This document shows, one piece after another, positions 25,500 through 37,260 of a DNA stretch of 64,000 nt. Numbering within the stretch: position 1 is the first letter of the stretch; the number at the start of each line of letters is the position of its first letter. Source of the DNA: Camelus ferus (taxonomy: Eukaryota); NCBI RefSeq assembly GCF_009834535.1, contig NC_045728.1, positions 15,066,001-15,130,000 on the forward strand, written 5' to 3'. The position numbers and the translations under genes are program-made. Below the pieces are notes generated by a model. It saw only the letters and a program-made list of their open reading frames with translations. It was not told the DNA's origin and ran no database searches.

Positions 25500-26767
25500 C
25501 TGTGCTGCTCCACCGCCTCGTTGTCCGGAAGCTCCACCCCACACACGCTGCACTGCTCCCCGACAGTCCGGCTCTCCGACTTCATGCCCACGGCCAGCTC
25601 CCCCAGCTTGCTGAACAGCTCCCTCTGGATGAAGCCCTGGGGCAGCAGACCCCCGTAGGTGCTGAAGTCCATGGAGACGGCCAGGGCAGGCTGCACGTGG
25701 AGGCCCGAGGTCACCGAGGACGGCATGCTCAACACGGCATCAGCCTTGTGGTTGGGCAACACCGAGTAGATACCCAGGTGCTTCTCAGCTGGGGGTGCGG
25801 GGGGCTCCAGGCGGCCTGGGGGGCCCTGGGCAGCCTCCGCGGGAGGTGGCAGCTGCTCGGTGCTCTCCTCACGCCCGTAATGCAGCTCCCTGGCACTGGT
25901 GATGACGCTGCTCCGAGTCGGGGTCCCAGGCCCCTCCTTGCCCCTTTCCTCCACCTTGTCCCCCAGCCCAGCTGAGATGCTAGACTCGGCTGCCCCAGGG
26001 CTGTCCTGGCTGGGCACCTCATCCACCTGCATCATCTCCGGCTTCACCTCGGCCACCGCAGAGTGCCGCCCTCCCCCAGCCAGAGTCGGCTCCTCAGGCC
26101 CAGCGGGCGGCTGAAGTGCCCCCTGCAGGAGAGACTGTCCTATGGTCATCAAGCTGTCCACTGCCGCCTTGGTGGGACTCATGGCTGAAAGACCAAATGA
26201 CGTGGAGACGGAAGGACTCTGGTCTCCCATGGGCCCAGGGAGGCTCTGAGCTGCCACACTGGCATACCCGCTCTCCTCGCTGGAATGCTTCGAGATGAAG
26301 ATGTTCTTGAGGTACCGAGCCTTGCGGTCCTCCTCCTCCTCGGCCCCACCGTCCGCCATGGTGGCCTCCGTGTCATTGTCGTCTGAGGCCTGGATGGTCT
26401 CTAGGATCTTCAGGCACTGCTCCTCCAGGTACTCGATCTCCAAGATCTCGGCCGCGTACAGCAGGTCATCCAGGTCCTCTGCCTTGGCTTGCAGTGTGGC
26501 TGTGTACGCATACTCCAGAATCTGCTGGAAAGTCTTTGGAGAAAGGAAGTCCAGGGTGTAGTGCTGGCTGTTGCGGTGGAAGAGGATCTCAAACATCTTG
26601 CTGGTGCAGGCCAGCACCGTCCGGTGGGCATGGAACTCCTGGCTGTCCACCATGATGACCACATCGCACAGCGTCCCCGCCAGCCGCATCTGGTTGGCCT
26701 TGCACAGGAGCCCCGTGGGGTGGCTGGGGTTCTGCAGCTGGATCATGCCCATCTTTGTCAGATCCAT
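25500..26767 (-). CDS. ZBTB16: ZBTB16/PLZF first coding exon (exon 2): BTB/POZ domain, central repression region and most of C2H2 zinc finger 1. The CDS continues in exons outside the window.
   Basis: Translation MDLTKMGMIQLQNPSHPTGLLCKANQMRLAGTLCDVVIMVDSQEFHAHRTVLACTSKMF...CSVCGVELPDNEAVEQHR is recognisably PLZF. ATG at 26767-26765 in good Kozak context (GCACCATGG). Donor AG|GTAGG at 25500/25499 gives 1268 coding nt, matching the human exon 2 as I recall it. Confidence 0.99.
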
Positions 26768-26857
26768 GGTGCTCCCCGCGGCTTAGGCATGAGGCTCTCT
26801 TTCCTTCCTGGCTCTGCGTGGCGGGGCAGGGTGCGTTTCCCGGGCCAATGGAGAGGG
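26768..26857 (-). other. ZBTB16: ZBTB16 exon 2 5'UTR portion (90 nt) with splice acceptor
   Basis: On the minus strand, a branch-point-like CACTAAT and a long polypyrimidine tract end in CTAG| at 26859-26858. The exon starts at 26857, 90 nt before the ATG. Confidence 0.92.
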
Positions 26858-29800
26858 CTAGAGGGAAGAAGGGGACAAGAGGCAGAAGAGATGCAAGACC
26901 AAAACGTAAATTAGTGAGTGCCCCTTAAAGTAAGAATTCAAACACTAGAACATGGGATCTCCCCCAAAACCCCAGCAAGAGAGCCTTGGAGATTTAACCA
27001 AGGGGAATGGGCTTCCTAGAAAGCTACGTCTGCCTTTTCAGGCCCAAGGATGATGAAAGTAACAAGACGGTTCTGCCACGGCATATGCCTAAGTCACTGC
27101 TCTGTGACGTCTGTTAGATAAAGTAAGACGAAAATTACAGCAGAGTCTTGTGAATCTCGGGCTTCCTTTAAGTCTGAGAGTGAGGGGCTCCAGTGCAAGG
27201 CCCATGTTCCTTATGAGAAGGTGCCCAGTGCACGATTTAAATTAAGATTTTATCCTCTTCCTCTAGTCAATGTAAGCACTCGGTTTCACTCTCAACGCCA
27301 CGAACAGCAAACCTCACCTTCAAAACAAAGCTTGTCTAAATCCTGCCTTGCAGTGGCAGCCCCGGGGGCAAAGCCCAGCTTCTCTAGGGTTGGCAGCCTT
27401 AGACTCATGGCTCCCAGAAATCCGTGGGCAAGAACTCTCCTCCTCCAGCCCACCTTCTCACCCTCAGCCAATGTCTTCCTGGGCCTCTGTCCTTCCACTC
27501 TTCTCAAGGCTGCAAGGACTAAAGAACCCGGGCCTTGACCCCCTCTTTACGCACTTAGAGTAACACACACACATAACCCTTGTACTAGCTGGGCTCAGTT
27601 GCACCCATAGGTACTTTGAAGTGATTGTTATCTGTAATCCAAATTCTGGACTATGTGTGTGCATGCGCATGTGTGTGCATACACCAGCCAGAGATGGAGA
27701 GTTAACACATGTGTGTGCTCACGTAAGATGCCACACTTACCCCCTGCCCACAACTGCCCAGTGGTCAGGAGGTTCTGTAAAATGTAGGATAGGTCATGAA
27801 GGACCTACAGAAAGCAGTCCCGGGAAACATGTACCCCTAAAGCCAGGAGTGCACATGCTGGGAACATGAATGCCAAGAGTGTCCCACAGGCTCCTGGGAG
27901 TGGACGAGTCCTGTGACCTGGAGCAGTAACTGATGCTGGGCATGGCTTGGAGGTGCTGGAAATGATAATGGCACCAGCATCTATGGTATGAGTTACAAGT
28001 ATGAAGGGAAGTCAGGACTGGAGACAAAGGCCTCTCTAAAGCGCCATGTGGGATCAGTAACAGGGCTCTGAGACTCCCAAAGCTGTCTAAGGAGTGTCAG
28101 AAAGACCTCACAGGCTCAGGTCTCTCCCAGCCTCTGCCTTGCTGTGGCCAATACTGCAGAGAAATGAACTGGGAGCAAAGCGGAGCAAGGGCTCTCCCTC
28201 ACTCTTGGAACACTGCTGGCCTCTGGCCCCAAAAGGATCCCTGTTGGCTCCAGAGTCACAAATCTTACGGAGAAAGGGTTAACAGGACGATTAATCAAAA
28301 CGCTTTTGCTTCCCACCCTGGGGTGGGAACTGAGGCGATCAAGGTGGGGGTTTGGGGAGGCCGGGAAAAGCCATTCATAGGTGCCTTGCCACCATGCGCT
28401 TTCCGGCAGACTTCGGGATTTCGGAGAACTGGGAGGGAGCAATTGAAAGAATAGAAGCTAGGCTACTCGAATTTCTTCCCAAAGGCCAGCTCGGTGGGTT
28501 CTGAGGAAATCAGGGTGCCCTCGGTCAGCCGTCCCCGCCACCCGCGGCTCCGCGCCCGCGATCCAGCCAGCGCTGGCTGCAGCGCCCAGGCCGGCAGCGC
28601 GGGGGAAAGCCGGCGCTAACCGCTCGGGCTCCGGGGATCGATCGCGCTCTCACACACCCCTCAGTTCCCAGCACCCCAAACAGACTTGGAGACGACTTCA
28701 GCAAACTTGGGGAAGCAACTTTTCCAGGGGGGCCAGAAGGCAAAGAGAGAAGGATCCAGGCTAGGGAGGAGGGAAAGCGAAAGAGACCCGGACGAAAGGC
28801 GAGAGTCCGGGAGGGCCGGACGCGAGGGCGAGAGCGGCGAGGAGGCGGACCCTCCCCGCCGCGAAAGGGAAGCACAAAAGCCCGACAGCGAGTTGTGGGA
28901 GGAAAGGCGAGAAGGAATCTGGGAGCCCTCCCTCTCCAACCCAGGGCCGTGACCCTCGGGAGCGATGGACAAGGTCCCCGGCCTCGGGCGGGTGGCGCCA
29001 GCAGCCGGCGCGCCCGGCCCAGGCACGTTGCGAGCGTCCCAGCAGCGGGGGAGCCAGTCGGTGCCGAACGCGTCTGTGCGTTCCAGCAGGTCTGCTGGCC
29101 AGCGAGATTGTGCGCATTTCGAGCGCGTGCGGGAGTGTTCGAGGGTCTGTGTGAGCGAGCTGCCCGCGCGCCGCGGTGGGAAAGGCATCCCAAACGCATC
29201 AGGTGCAGAGCCGAGCACCCACCGTGCGCGGCCGGGAGCGCACAGCGAGCTCCAGCGCCACGGCCGGTCCCGCCGAGAGCCGAGGAGGGCCCGGAGCGCT
29301 GGAGACCCTCCCGAGCTCCGCCACGGTGCCCCTCCCCCCCCCAAAACGGGGGGATCAAGTCCAATCAAGAAAAAAGAGCCCACCACGTTTTTCAAAGAGA
29401 AAGAAAACCCAAGTGAGTCTCAGTCCTGCTCCCTTCTGCCCCAGATCCACTCCTCCGATCCTCCGATTCTAGCTTTCTAGCCGGCCGGAGAATAAACACA
29501 AATAAACCACAGCCCTATCTCGCGCCCGCGCACCGGTCGGCATACATATGAGCACCCACCGGCTCCCGGCTCCTCCGCCGGCCCCTGGTGGTACAAAGCC
29601 TCCCGCTCCCCAACCCTCCGCTCGCGCCCTCAGTCCCCGCAGACCGCTCTGCCCCCCACCTCTCACCCCGGCCGTGCCCTGGAGCGGAAGGGTTGGGGAG
29701 GCGGCTGCGCCCAAGCTGACAGCCGGGGCTCCCCCTTCTAGCCGATCCCCAACCGCCCGTGGCGACGGCTGCAATAGCAAGAAGGGAACAAGCCGAATAA

Positions 29801-29925
29801 AATAAGGCACAAGCTCAGCGGCCGACTGGCCGAAGCGAGTGCGCCCCCCAGACCTCTCCAGCCCCGGGGCGCCCCGGCTCGCGGCTATAGCTGGGCGGTG
29901 CGCCCCTCCCGGGCCCCCCACTCAC
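26858..29925 (-). other. ZBTB16: ZBTB16 intron 1 (3068 bp)
   Basis: GT at 29925-29924 and AG at 26859-26858 on the minus strand, lying between exon 1 and exon 2. Confidence 0.85.
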
Positions 29926-30560
29926 CGCTGCCGAGCCGGGCGCCGTGGGGTGGGTGTGCGTGCCTCTTGGGGGTGTGTGCCTGTGTCGGGGAGGGGTGTT
30001 GCTGGGGAACTGTTGCTCTCGGTATCACGGCGGCAGCGGCGGCATCGCCCGGCAGTTCGCAGTACCCGCTCTCATCGCCCTCAACTCCTCTCTGCTACGA
30101 GGTTAGCAAATCACCACCGGCCGCGGCGCCGCCGCCGCGTCCCACGTCAACACCGAGCCCCCTCCCCTGCGAGGCCCCGGCGCCTCTCCATCTTTAGTGC
30201 TGGCGGCCGAGCCCGGCTCCCTGCCCACAGCTGCCCCCCTTCCCTCCCCCCCCCCCGCGTCGTCCCCGGGCTCAGCCCGCCCACCCCACCCCCACCCCCC
30301 GCACTGGCCGAGCCCGCGCGCGCTCCCCGCCCCACCCCTCCCCTTCCCCCCGTCCCCTCCCTTCCCCGCGCGCCGCGCTCCGGGCTTCGCCTGACATCTA
30401 GCTGCTGCTGGGGCGCCGGCGGCCGCCGCTCACCGGCCAGGCGGAGAGGAAAGAAGGAGCTCATGGAGAGGAGTGCCAGGGACTCGGAACCCTTAGTGGG
30501 GGCAATGGAGGTGAGGGGCGAGGAGCATCCCTCACCTTCAACCCCCGGGTTTTTAATTTC
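28500..30560. promoter_or_regulatory. ZBTB16: CpG island / ZBTB16 promoter spanning exon 1 and the 5' part of intron 1
   Basis: Very high GC and dense CpG (many CGCG, GCGC, CCGG), GC boxes, no TATA box. CpG-rich sequence tails off to about 31330. Confidence 0.93.
29926..30095 (-). other. ZBTB16: ZBTB16 non-coding exon 1 (TSS approximately 30095)
   Basis: Minus-strand GCAGAGAGGAGTTGAGGGCGATGAGAGCGGGTACTGCGAAC...CCCGGCTCGGCAGCG matches the human ZBTB16 mRNA leader as recalled. Strong donor GCG|GTGAGT at 29926/29925. The TSS position is approximate. Confidence 0.85.
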
Positions 30561-31932
30561 CACTGGACACGGATTTTGGTTTCCCCTGTTGCTCCAGGCG
30601 CAGAGTTTTGCCCCCGGCTCCAATGTTAGCCCCGATTCAGTGCTTCTCATCTCGGCTTTCATTTTTCCTCCGGGCTGGGGGTGGCACCCCCTGTACCCCG
30701 ACATCGGTTTTAGAAGGACGCTTTCCCAGCCCAAGCTCAGGCCTTTTGTGCGTCCGGGCCTTCTGGACATCCAGACTGCGATTAGCCTCCAGGCGCAGAG
30801 TTCACTGGCCCTGGAACCAGGTGCCGGAAGGTCCGCAGGACTCTGTCGTCGAGGGGAGACGCCCCATTTTAGCTGTCGCGACCCCTGGAGGCCAAGGTCG
30901 AGGCCTGAGAGAAACTTTTCTCCGTCCCAGTCTTGAGCATCCCCTGGGCTTTGCCCCCCAGGGAACCTGGTTGGAAACAGTTACCGAGAACTGCACCCTG
31001 TTCAGGGCAAAGTCTTCAGGAGTGAGTGAAAACTTGAAGAAGCTCCAGGCCCCTAAAAGTGTCTCCTTTCAACTGGCCGCTCCACTTTAGAGGGTGGAGT
31101 TGAGGTCGGTAACCCTGGGGTAGAGCAACCGGAAGAATGGCGCCTTTGTCCGGGCTGCGGAGCGTCCCTCTTCTCCGCCCTTTCCCTGGAGCTTGGCGAA
31201 GGTAGGGGGCAAGAGGTGAGAAACGCTCTTCTGGGCCCAGGCCTTGACTGCCGGCTAAAGTCCGGGAGCGTTGGGGTGAGGGGCGTGGTGGAGAGCGCCC
31301 TCCTTGGGTCTCTAAACCATCCGCCCTGGGCGTCCTACAGTCTTAGCAAGGCGAGGCTTCAGTCACTGAGTCCTGATTCCCCACATTTCAGTCTGTAGTA
31401 GCAGGGTGGGTCAAAGATTTTCCGCAGGACTGAGGCATAATCACATCCCGATGCGTGCCTCTGGCACTGCCTCAAACTGAAAGTCAAGCCCTGAGAACTG
31501 AAGGGTCATGGAAGGTGGCAGAAGCCAACTAGAGGCAAAAATATGCGTCCAACCTCGTGAGGCCAGTTGGAGTTTATATCAGAACTGATCCGGGTTTACA
31601 AGAGCTGCTAATGTGGTAGTCCCGAGGACAGGCAGCTCCATCCCAGCAAGCATGGCCCCTGTCCTACTTGCAGGAGAAGTGCTCAGACCTGCAGGAGTTG
31701 GGGGCGAGAAGACCCGTGAGAGGCGCACTTGAAAGTGAAGGAGAGGAGCCAGCTGTCCTCTGCTAGCAGTGACTACAGCAACTTATCCAAGATGCCTGGG
31801 AAAGCCCAGTCCCTGGGTATTCAGTTTGATTAACAATCAAGAGAATCTATAAGACTATTTTTTCCAGCTAAGGTCTATGCAGTCTGTAGGGGGAAAGGGA
31901 TTTAAAGAAAGTTAACAGAAAAGAACTGGTGT

Positions 31933-32092
31933 GATAAACAACACGGGTTTACTGTACAGCACAGGGAGCTATATTCAATGTCTTGTAATAACCTATAACA
32001 GAAAAGAATCTGAATAAATAACGCATATGTGTAACTGAATCACTTTGCTGCTTACCTGAAACTAACACAGTATTGTAAATCAACAAAAAAGA
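31933..32092 (+). mobile_element. L1 3'UTR fragment
   Basis: ATAAACAAC...TACTGTACAGCACAGGGAGCTATATTCAATGTCTTGTAATAACCTATA...GAAACTAACACAGTATTGTAAATCAAC. Confidence 0.82.
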
Positions 32093-32820
32093 GAGAAAGA
32101 AACGAAGGAAGGAAGGAAGAACTGGTCTCCGATAGGAGCAAGAGGGGCGAAATGTAAGGAGAGAAGACGGTCCTGGTGCCTCACCAAGAAAATCAAAGAA
32201 AGGATCATTGAACTGTTGAGCTTCTGCCTAGATGGTACCTACTGAAAGTTGCTGCCTCGCTGTCCGCATCCACCTACCAGCCCCTCCTGAGTGTGTGAGC
32301 AGAAGCAGCACACAATTAACCCCTGATCTAATCTCCTATTAATCCTCAAATCAGAGAAAGAGAGCCTCTCTGGAAACAATGGGAGAGAAAGAACAGTCCC
32401 TCCCTGGCCCCGACTCCCCCACCTCCATGCCATGTTCACGCTATGTGAAAATCTCCCTTGCTTCATAAACTTGGCCCATTAAAAAGCCCAGCCCTTGTTA
32501 GTAAGTGTTAAAGAGAGATTAATGCCCGAATTTAAGAGGTGGAGAAGGTAACAAAAAGGAGGAAGGCAGGCGAGGCTATGGGCTGAGTGCCAGCCTTGGG
32601 CTCCAAGCATTTCCACTTAGCACTGAAGGCTGGCTGCACAGCACTTTGATAAGGTTTACTGGGCCCAGATAAAGCGGCAGCAGCTCCCCCACCAAAACTG
32701 GCACCATTTATAGCCAAAGCTATGTCCCTGGGTCCCCAGAAGGCTGATGAGAATCCCCAGTTCAGGGATTTCATATGGCAGCACCTAAAAACAAGCAAGA
32801 TGGAAAACTACAGCAGAAAA

Positions 32821-32878
32821 CTCCCTCTCTCTCCTTCTCTCTCTCTCTCTTTCTCTCTCCCTTTCCTTCTCTCTCATG
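32821..32878. repeat. Imperfect (CT)n polypyrimidine tract
   Basis: CTCCCTCTCTCTCCTTCTCTCTCTCTCTCTTTCTCTCTCCCTTTCCTTCTCTCTC. Confidence 0.9.
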
Positions 32879-33139
32879 TTCATGCATTTGTAGTATTTTT
32901 TTTTTTACTGTTTTTCTGGAGGGGTGTGGTAAAAGAAGCTGCGACGTCAGCTTTGACAGGCTGGGGAGGTCATGCTGGAGACAGAGGAATAGACGAGCTG
33001 ACCTTTGGGTGGAATTCCATTGCTAAATCTCATTCTCTCGTCTCCTCCTTTACTCATATACCTCCCGCTGGTAGCAGCTCTTCAGAGCTCAGTCTGTGGG
33101 AGAGGATGTGAGGTCCAAGCGATCTTACAGTAAGGAGAC

Positions 33140-33390
33140 AGTGGGAATGATACCTCATTCTGAGCACTGACTGTCAAATTTAATACATTACCTCTATTGT
33201 TTTATCTAATCCTCATAACAACTCAAGTAATGCAGGAATGATCATTTCCCCCGTTTCTGTGGATGAGAAACCTGGGGCTCACAGAGGTTAAGTGCCTTCC
33301 CCAAGACTGTAGAGCTGTTAAATATCAGAGCTGAGACCTTAAATCAGACCATTCCGACTGCAAAGCTCATGACCTTAACTTCTAGATTAT
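33140..33390 (-). mobile_element. MIR SINE
   Basis: TCTAATCCTCATAACAAC...GATGAGAAACCTGGGGCTCACAGAGGTTAAGTGCCTTCCCCAAG. Confidence 0.72.
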
Positions 33391-36300
33391 ACGGCCCTTA
33401 GTGAGATGGAAAAATGGAAACAAGGGCTTTGACTTCCCCTTCTCCTCTTACTCCGCAGAGGCCAAGTTCTCTGCAGCAGCCAGTCAGGCTGAGGACCAAA
33501 GAGTTCTCCATGGAATCAGGCCATCAGGTAAGCAGACTTAGACGCCCAGCTCTCCGCACTTTCCCCCACTTGTCTTCCTCAAAATCTCAGGCAGAAGTTG
33601 AGGAGAGAGTTTTGAACTACAGTAAAACTTCAACTAAACAGGTACCCGGGAGGAAAGTCCTTGTGGTGTTCTGAGTGTTCTGCTTGAGTGTTAGTAGAAA
33701 GTTCCAAATCATTTTGTTCCAGCTCCTTCGCTGGAAAACAGTTTTAAAATTTTAAAGTAAACTTTCCTATCATGATAAATAAATCAAGGACTCCTACCTT
33801 TGGCGGAGAAGAAGTTACTTTGCGTTTCCCTAAAACCTTGTGATGAATGGAGAATGAAGCATTTTCAAGGACGGATGCAGGCAATGAAGCCCCTGAATAG
33901 AAAAATTAAAAAATAGTCTCCCAAAATCGAGAACTCCAGGGTACCACCGAAGGATGCACCAGGCTGTCACATGTACTCTCAAGATTCTTACCCCTCTGTG
34001 GACTCTTGAGGAGAAGACACAGCAAGCCTACTGTATCCTTTTTGGAGGCAAAGGGTCTTAAGATGCTTCACGGTTATCACTGAGACATCTTCTAGATAGA
34101 TGCAGAGGATGTCAGAAGCTAAGTAGAGTCAAATCTGCCCTCAGTGCATATGTTGATCATTTTCTTTTTTTTTTTTAATTTAGTTTAATTCTTTCATGTC
34201 ACTTCCTTATATGCCCCTTCCAGATAACGGAGCTGAGAATAATCAGTTGATGTGTGTGTTCTGGTTAGTTGAAGCCCAGAAAGTCAAGGCAGAAGATGAC
34301 TTCTTTGATTAATACTTGCCATCTTATCCCCCTGTGGAGACCTGGTTAGTGATGTTTACACCTGGGTCTCTCCTCCAGGTACAAAGTTATGCCCTTCTTC
34401 TCCTCTGTAGGGCAGAGAGTGACATTTCAAAGGAAGAAGATGAGAGGTTATTTCTTTTAGCCCCAAAAGCCTTGGGTCACTATGACCCCAAGATCTTCTC
34501 CATTGAGGAAGTGAAAGCTTTTCCTCTCTCTCTTCCTCTCATTCCCCCTAGCATATTGCAAATGGTGTTGGGACCTAATGTTGTCAACTCAAATAGCAAA
34601 TCTGAGTTGTTATTAGTGCAAAGATGCCCTGAGGGGGCAGGCTGTGTGGATGAAATCTGCAATGGATGTACGGGGAAGTGTGTTTATAATTATAATGGGA
34701 TTTAATGTACACTGGGACCAGATGACGGCAGCCGTTTAAAAAAGAGAGGCTTAATAAGAGAGGAGAGAGGTCCCTTAATGACAGGCAGCAGGGCTCAGGT
34801 TATTAGGACGAGGCACAGTGTTTCACGGGGTGTCACAAACCACGTGCCCGGTTTTATGGGGTTCCTGACAAAGCTTTGGGGTAAGACATAGCAACCTTGG
34901 CTGTCCGTTCTTGGGCATAATGTTTTAATGCTGTCTCTCACAGGGGCACCTGCTCTTCAGAGAAAGGCGTTTTTTTCCTCCCGTTCAGATACACATCCGG
35001 CCCCAGGCCAACACTGAGTAGTTTGGGTGTTCTCTTGAAATCTGATTTGTTCTGAGAAAGACGGCCTTAATTTCAAAACTGAAATTTTGTAACTGTCGAG
35101 GGGTGCATATCGTGTGCATGAAACAAAACGGCGTGACTGATGGGAGTCCCACAGTGAATTCCCCGGGTGCCTCGCTGAGAATTAACCCCCAAGTCCTCAT
35201 CAGAAATAGGGTTTGGTGGTTTTTTGTTTTTTGTTTTTTTCATTTAACACTTTGGTGTTTCAGGTAAGCCAGGAAGAGAGGAAGTATGTAACATTTTCTT
35301 ACCCTGCTTAACTTTTTAAATAGCTAACTGTTTAACTTTTGAGGTGGTTTAACAGGTTTGAATCCACTGCCGCTGTTTTATAAAAGGAGAGCTGCTGTCA
35401 TGCACACAACCTGGAAGGGCGTGCGGAGAATGTGCCACACTCCGGAAGTGTCACCTAAAGCACCATGGTCCAGAAATACAACTCACATCCACGTTGCGTT
35501 ATTCTATATATTTCTCTTCAGATGTGAGAGGAGTGTATGAAAGCTAGTGTGTTCATCTAATAAAGGCTTCATCCATGGTTACTGTGTTGTGTGTTCCCAA
35601 AGCCTGTGACTAGTCTCAGAGTCCTTGCAGTGGAATGTTTCCCTTATCCTGACAAGGAGGAGAGGGCAGGGATAAAATAAGTGAAAACCCGACTTCCAGT
35701 CACGTGCTCTGGGAAGCAGTATTTCTGGAGAAGGTACTCTTCAAACAGAAGTGGTATGTCGGGGGCACACAAGCCCCAAGATGAAATGATTTTACTCAGT
35801 GACAGGTAATTTCAAGCAATTACGTTTAAATTATTACAGCAAAACAAACGCTGGGGTCCTGTGGAGTGAAATTCAAAATGTGCATGAATTTTTAAGATAA
35901 AATGAGTGACTGCCTTGGAGTTATCCCTTGAGAAAAGCTTACTGTCTTTTTCCCATTAGGGCTGAGTGGGTGGAAGACTGGGGGATGCTCTGCGGGTGAT
36001 GGCTGTTGTGGGCTTTGAGCCAGACTCTTGGACTCAGCCTCCCTTGCCAGGGCAGGTTTGTTTGTCTCTTGGGGAAGGCATTGTTGGATCTTTGATGGAA
36101 TCCTCTCCACCCCGCCCTCCAATCAGAATTAATTTCTCCCTCCTCCATAAGTCCGTTAGCACTGTTTAAACATTTACCAGCATTGACCACCATCTGCCTT
36201 GTATCTGACTGAGTTATGTGCATTCTGACCACCCCCTCCATTGTGAGTTTCTGGAAGGCTTGGTCTCAGTCTTGTTCAGCTTAGCGTCCCCACTTCCAAC

Positions 36301-36879
36301 CCTCAGAGCCAACACACTGTCAAAGGAGGAGGTCTCAATAAATGTCCATGAATGAGCTAATTGCATGCATGAATGAATGAATCAGTGGACATAGTCAGCA
36401 AATGTTTTAGGAATTTGGGAGAGGAGGGACCATCCTGCATCCTAACATTTAGAGCAGAATTCTTTGTACCTATGGGGTTTTTACCAGCCTTTGAAAAATC
36501 GAAGGGATATTGATAAGGGTGTGGGATAGCTGTTGAATTTAATTGCATACAGCTCCTTAAGAATATAATGGGGTTCTATTTCAGTTTATTTCTCCCTCAG
36601 GGGCTAGAACCAAGCTTTTCTCCATATCCTAGGAGCATTAATAAATATTTATTAAATTGTATTGAACTGAAATGAATTGATATGAATTCACAGCACTCAT
36701 TACTCCCATAATGGCTTTGGACTCCCAATCCCAAATGGCCATTAGTTAACCAGTCCAGAGCTGAGAGGAGGAATCTGATCCCCTGCTAGAGACATCAGTG
36801 GGTGTAGGATTCCGACAGAATCCAGAAGTAGCGTATGACACATACGTTAGGCACCAGTACTGACATATTAGCTCTGCTG

Positions 36880-37260
36880 TTACCACGTGTGGGAGAGACT
36901 GGCTAGCTGTTCTCAACATGCCTTCCTGAGCACATCCTGAGGACTGGATTACATTTTCCAGTTTACCTGGCTGCTCCGTACAGGCCGTGTGATTGAGTTC
37001 TGGCCAATGGTTGGATTGTGAGCAGAAGTCCATTGTGCCACTGCTGGGTCCAACCCATGAACACTCCCACCTGGAATTCTCCACACCCTTTCCCTTTCTG
37101 TGGCTTGACCTCATGAGTTTATAGACACCTTGAGAGCTGAGAGATGAAGATGGAAGCAGCCTGGATCCCTGAATCACAACTCGGAGAGCAGCTACCTGTC
37201 TACTGGGAACTCCCACTGTGGACTTTATAGAGACAGGAAACAGACCTTTGATGTCTTGAG
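36880..37260 (+). mobile_element. MaLR solo LTR (MLT1-type)
   Basis: GTGATTGAGTTCTGGCCAATGG...GAAGATGGAAGCAGCCTGGATCCCTGAATCACAAC.CGGAGAGCAGCTACC...GGACTTTAT, characteristic of MLT1. Confidence 0.72.

Noticed and set aside
25502-26914. Antisense and alternative-frame ORFs overlapping ZBTB16 exon 2
   Set aside because: Shadow ORFs of a GC-rich coding exon with no independent evidence.
29411-29418. Plus-strand donor-like CAA|GTGAGT suggesting an antisense lncRNA exon
   Set aside because: A single 6-mer match with no acceptor or TSS evidence, within chance expectation.
29839-30936. 365-aa plus-strand ORF and other long ORFs (28525-29364, 28661-29395, 30147-30770) over the promoter
   Set aside because: Arg/Pro/Gly/Ala low-complexity products expected from stop-poor CpG-island DNA. 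No recognisable domain, and several start at non-ATG codons.
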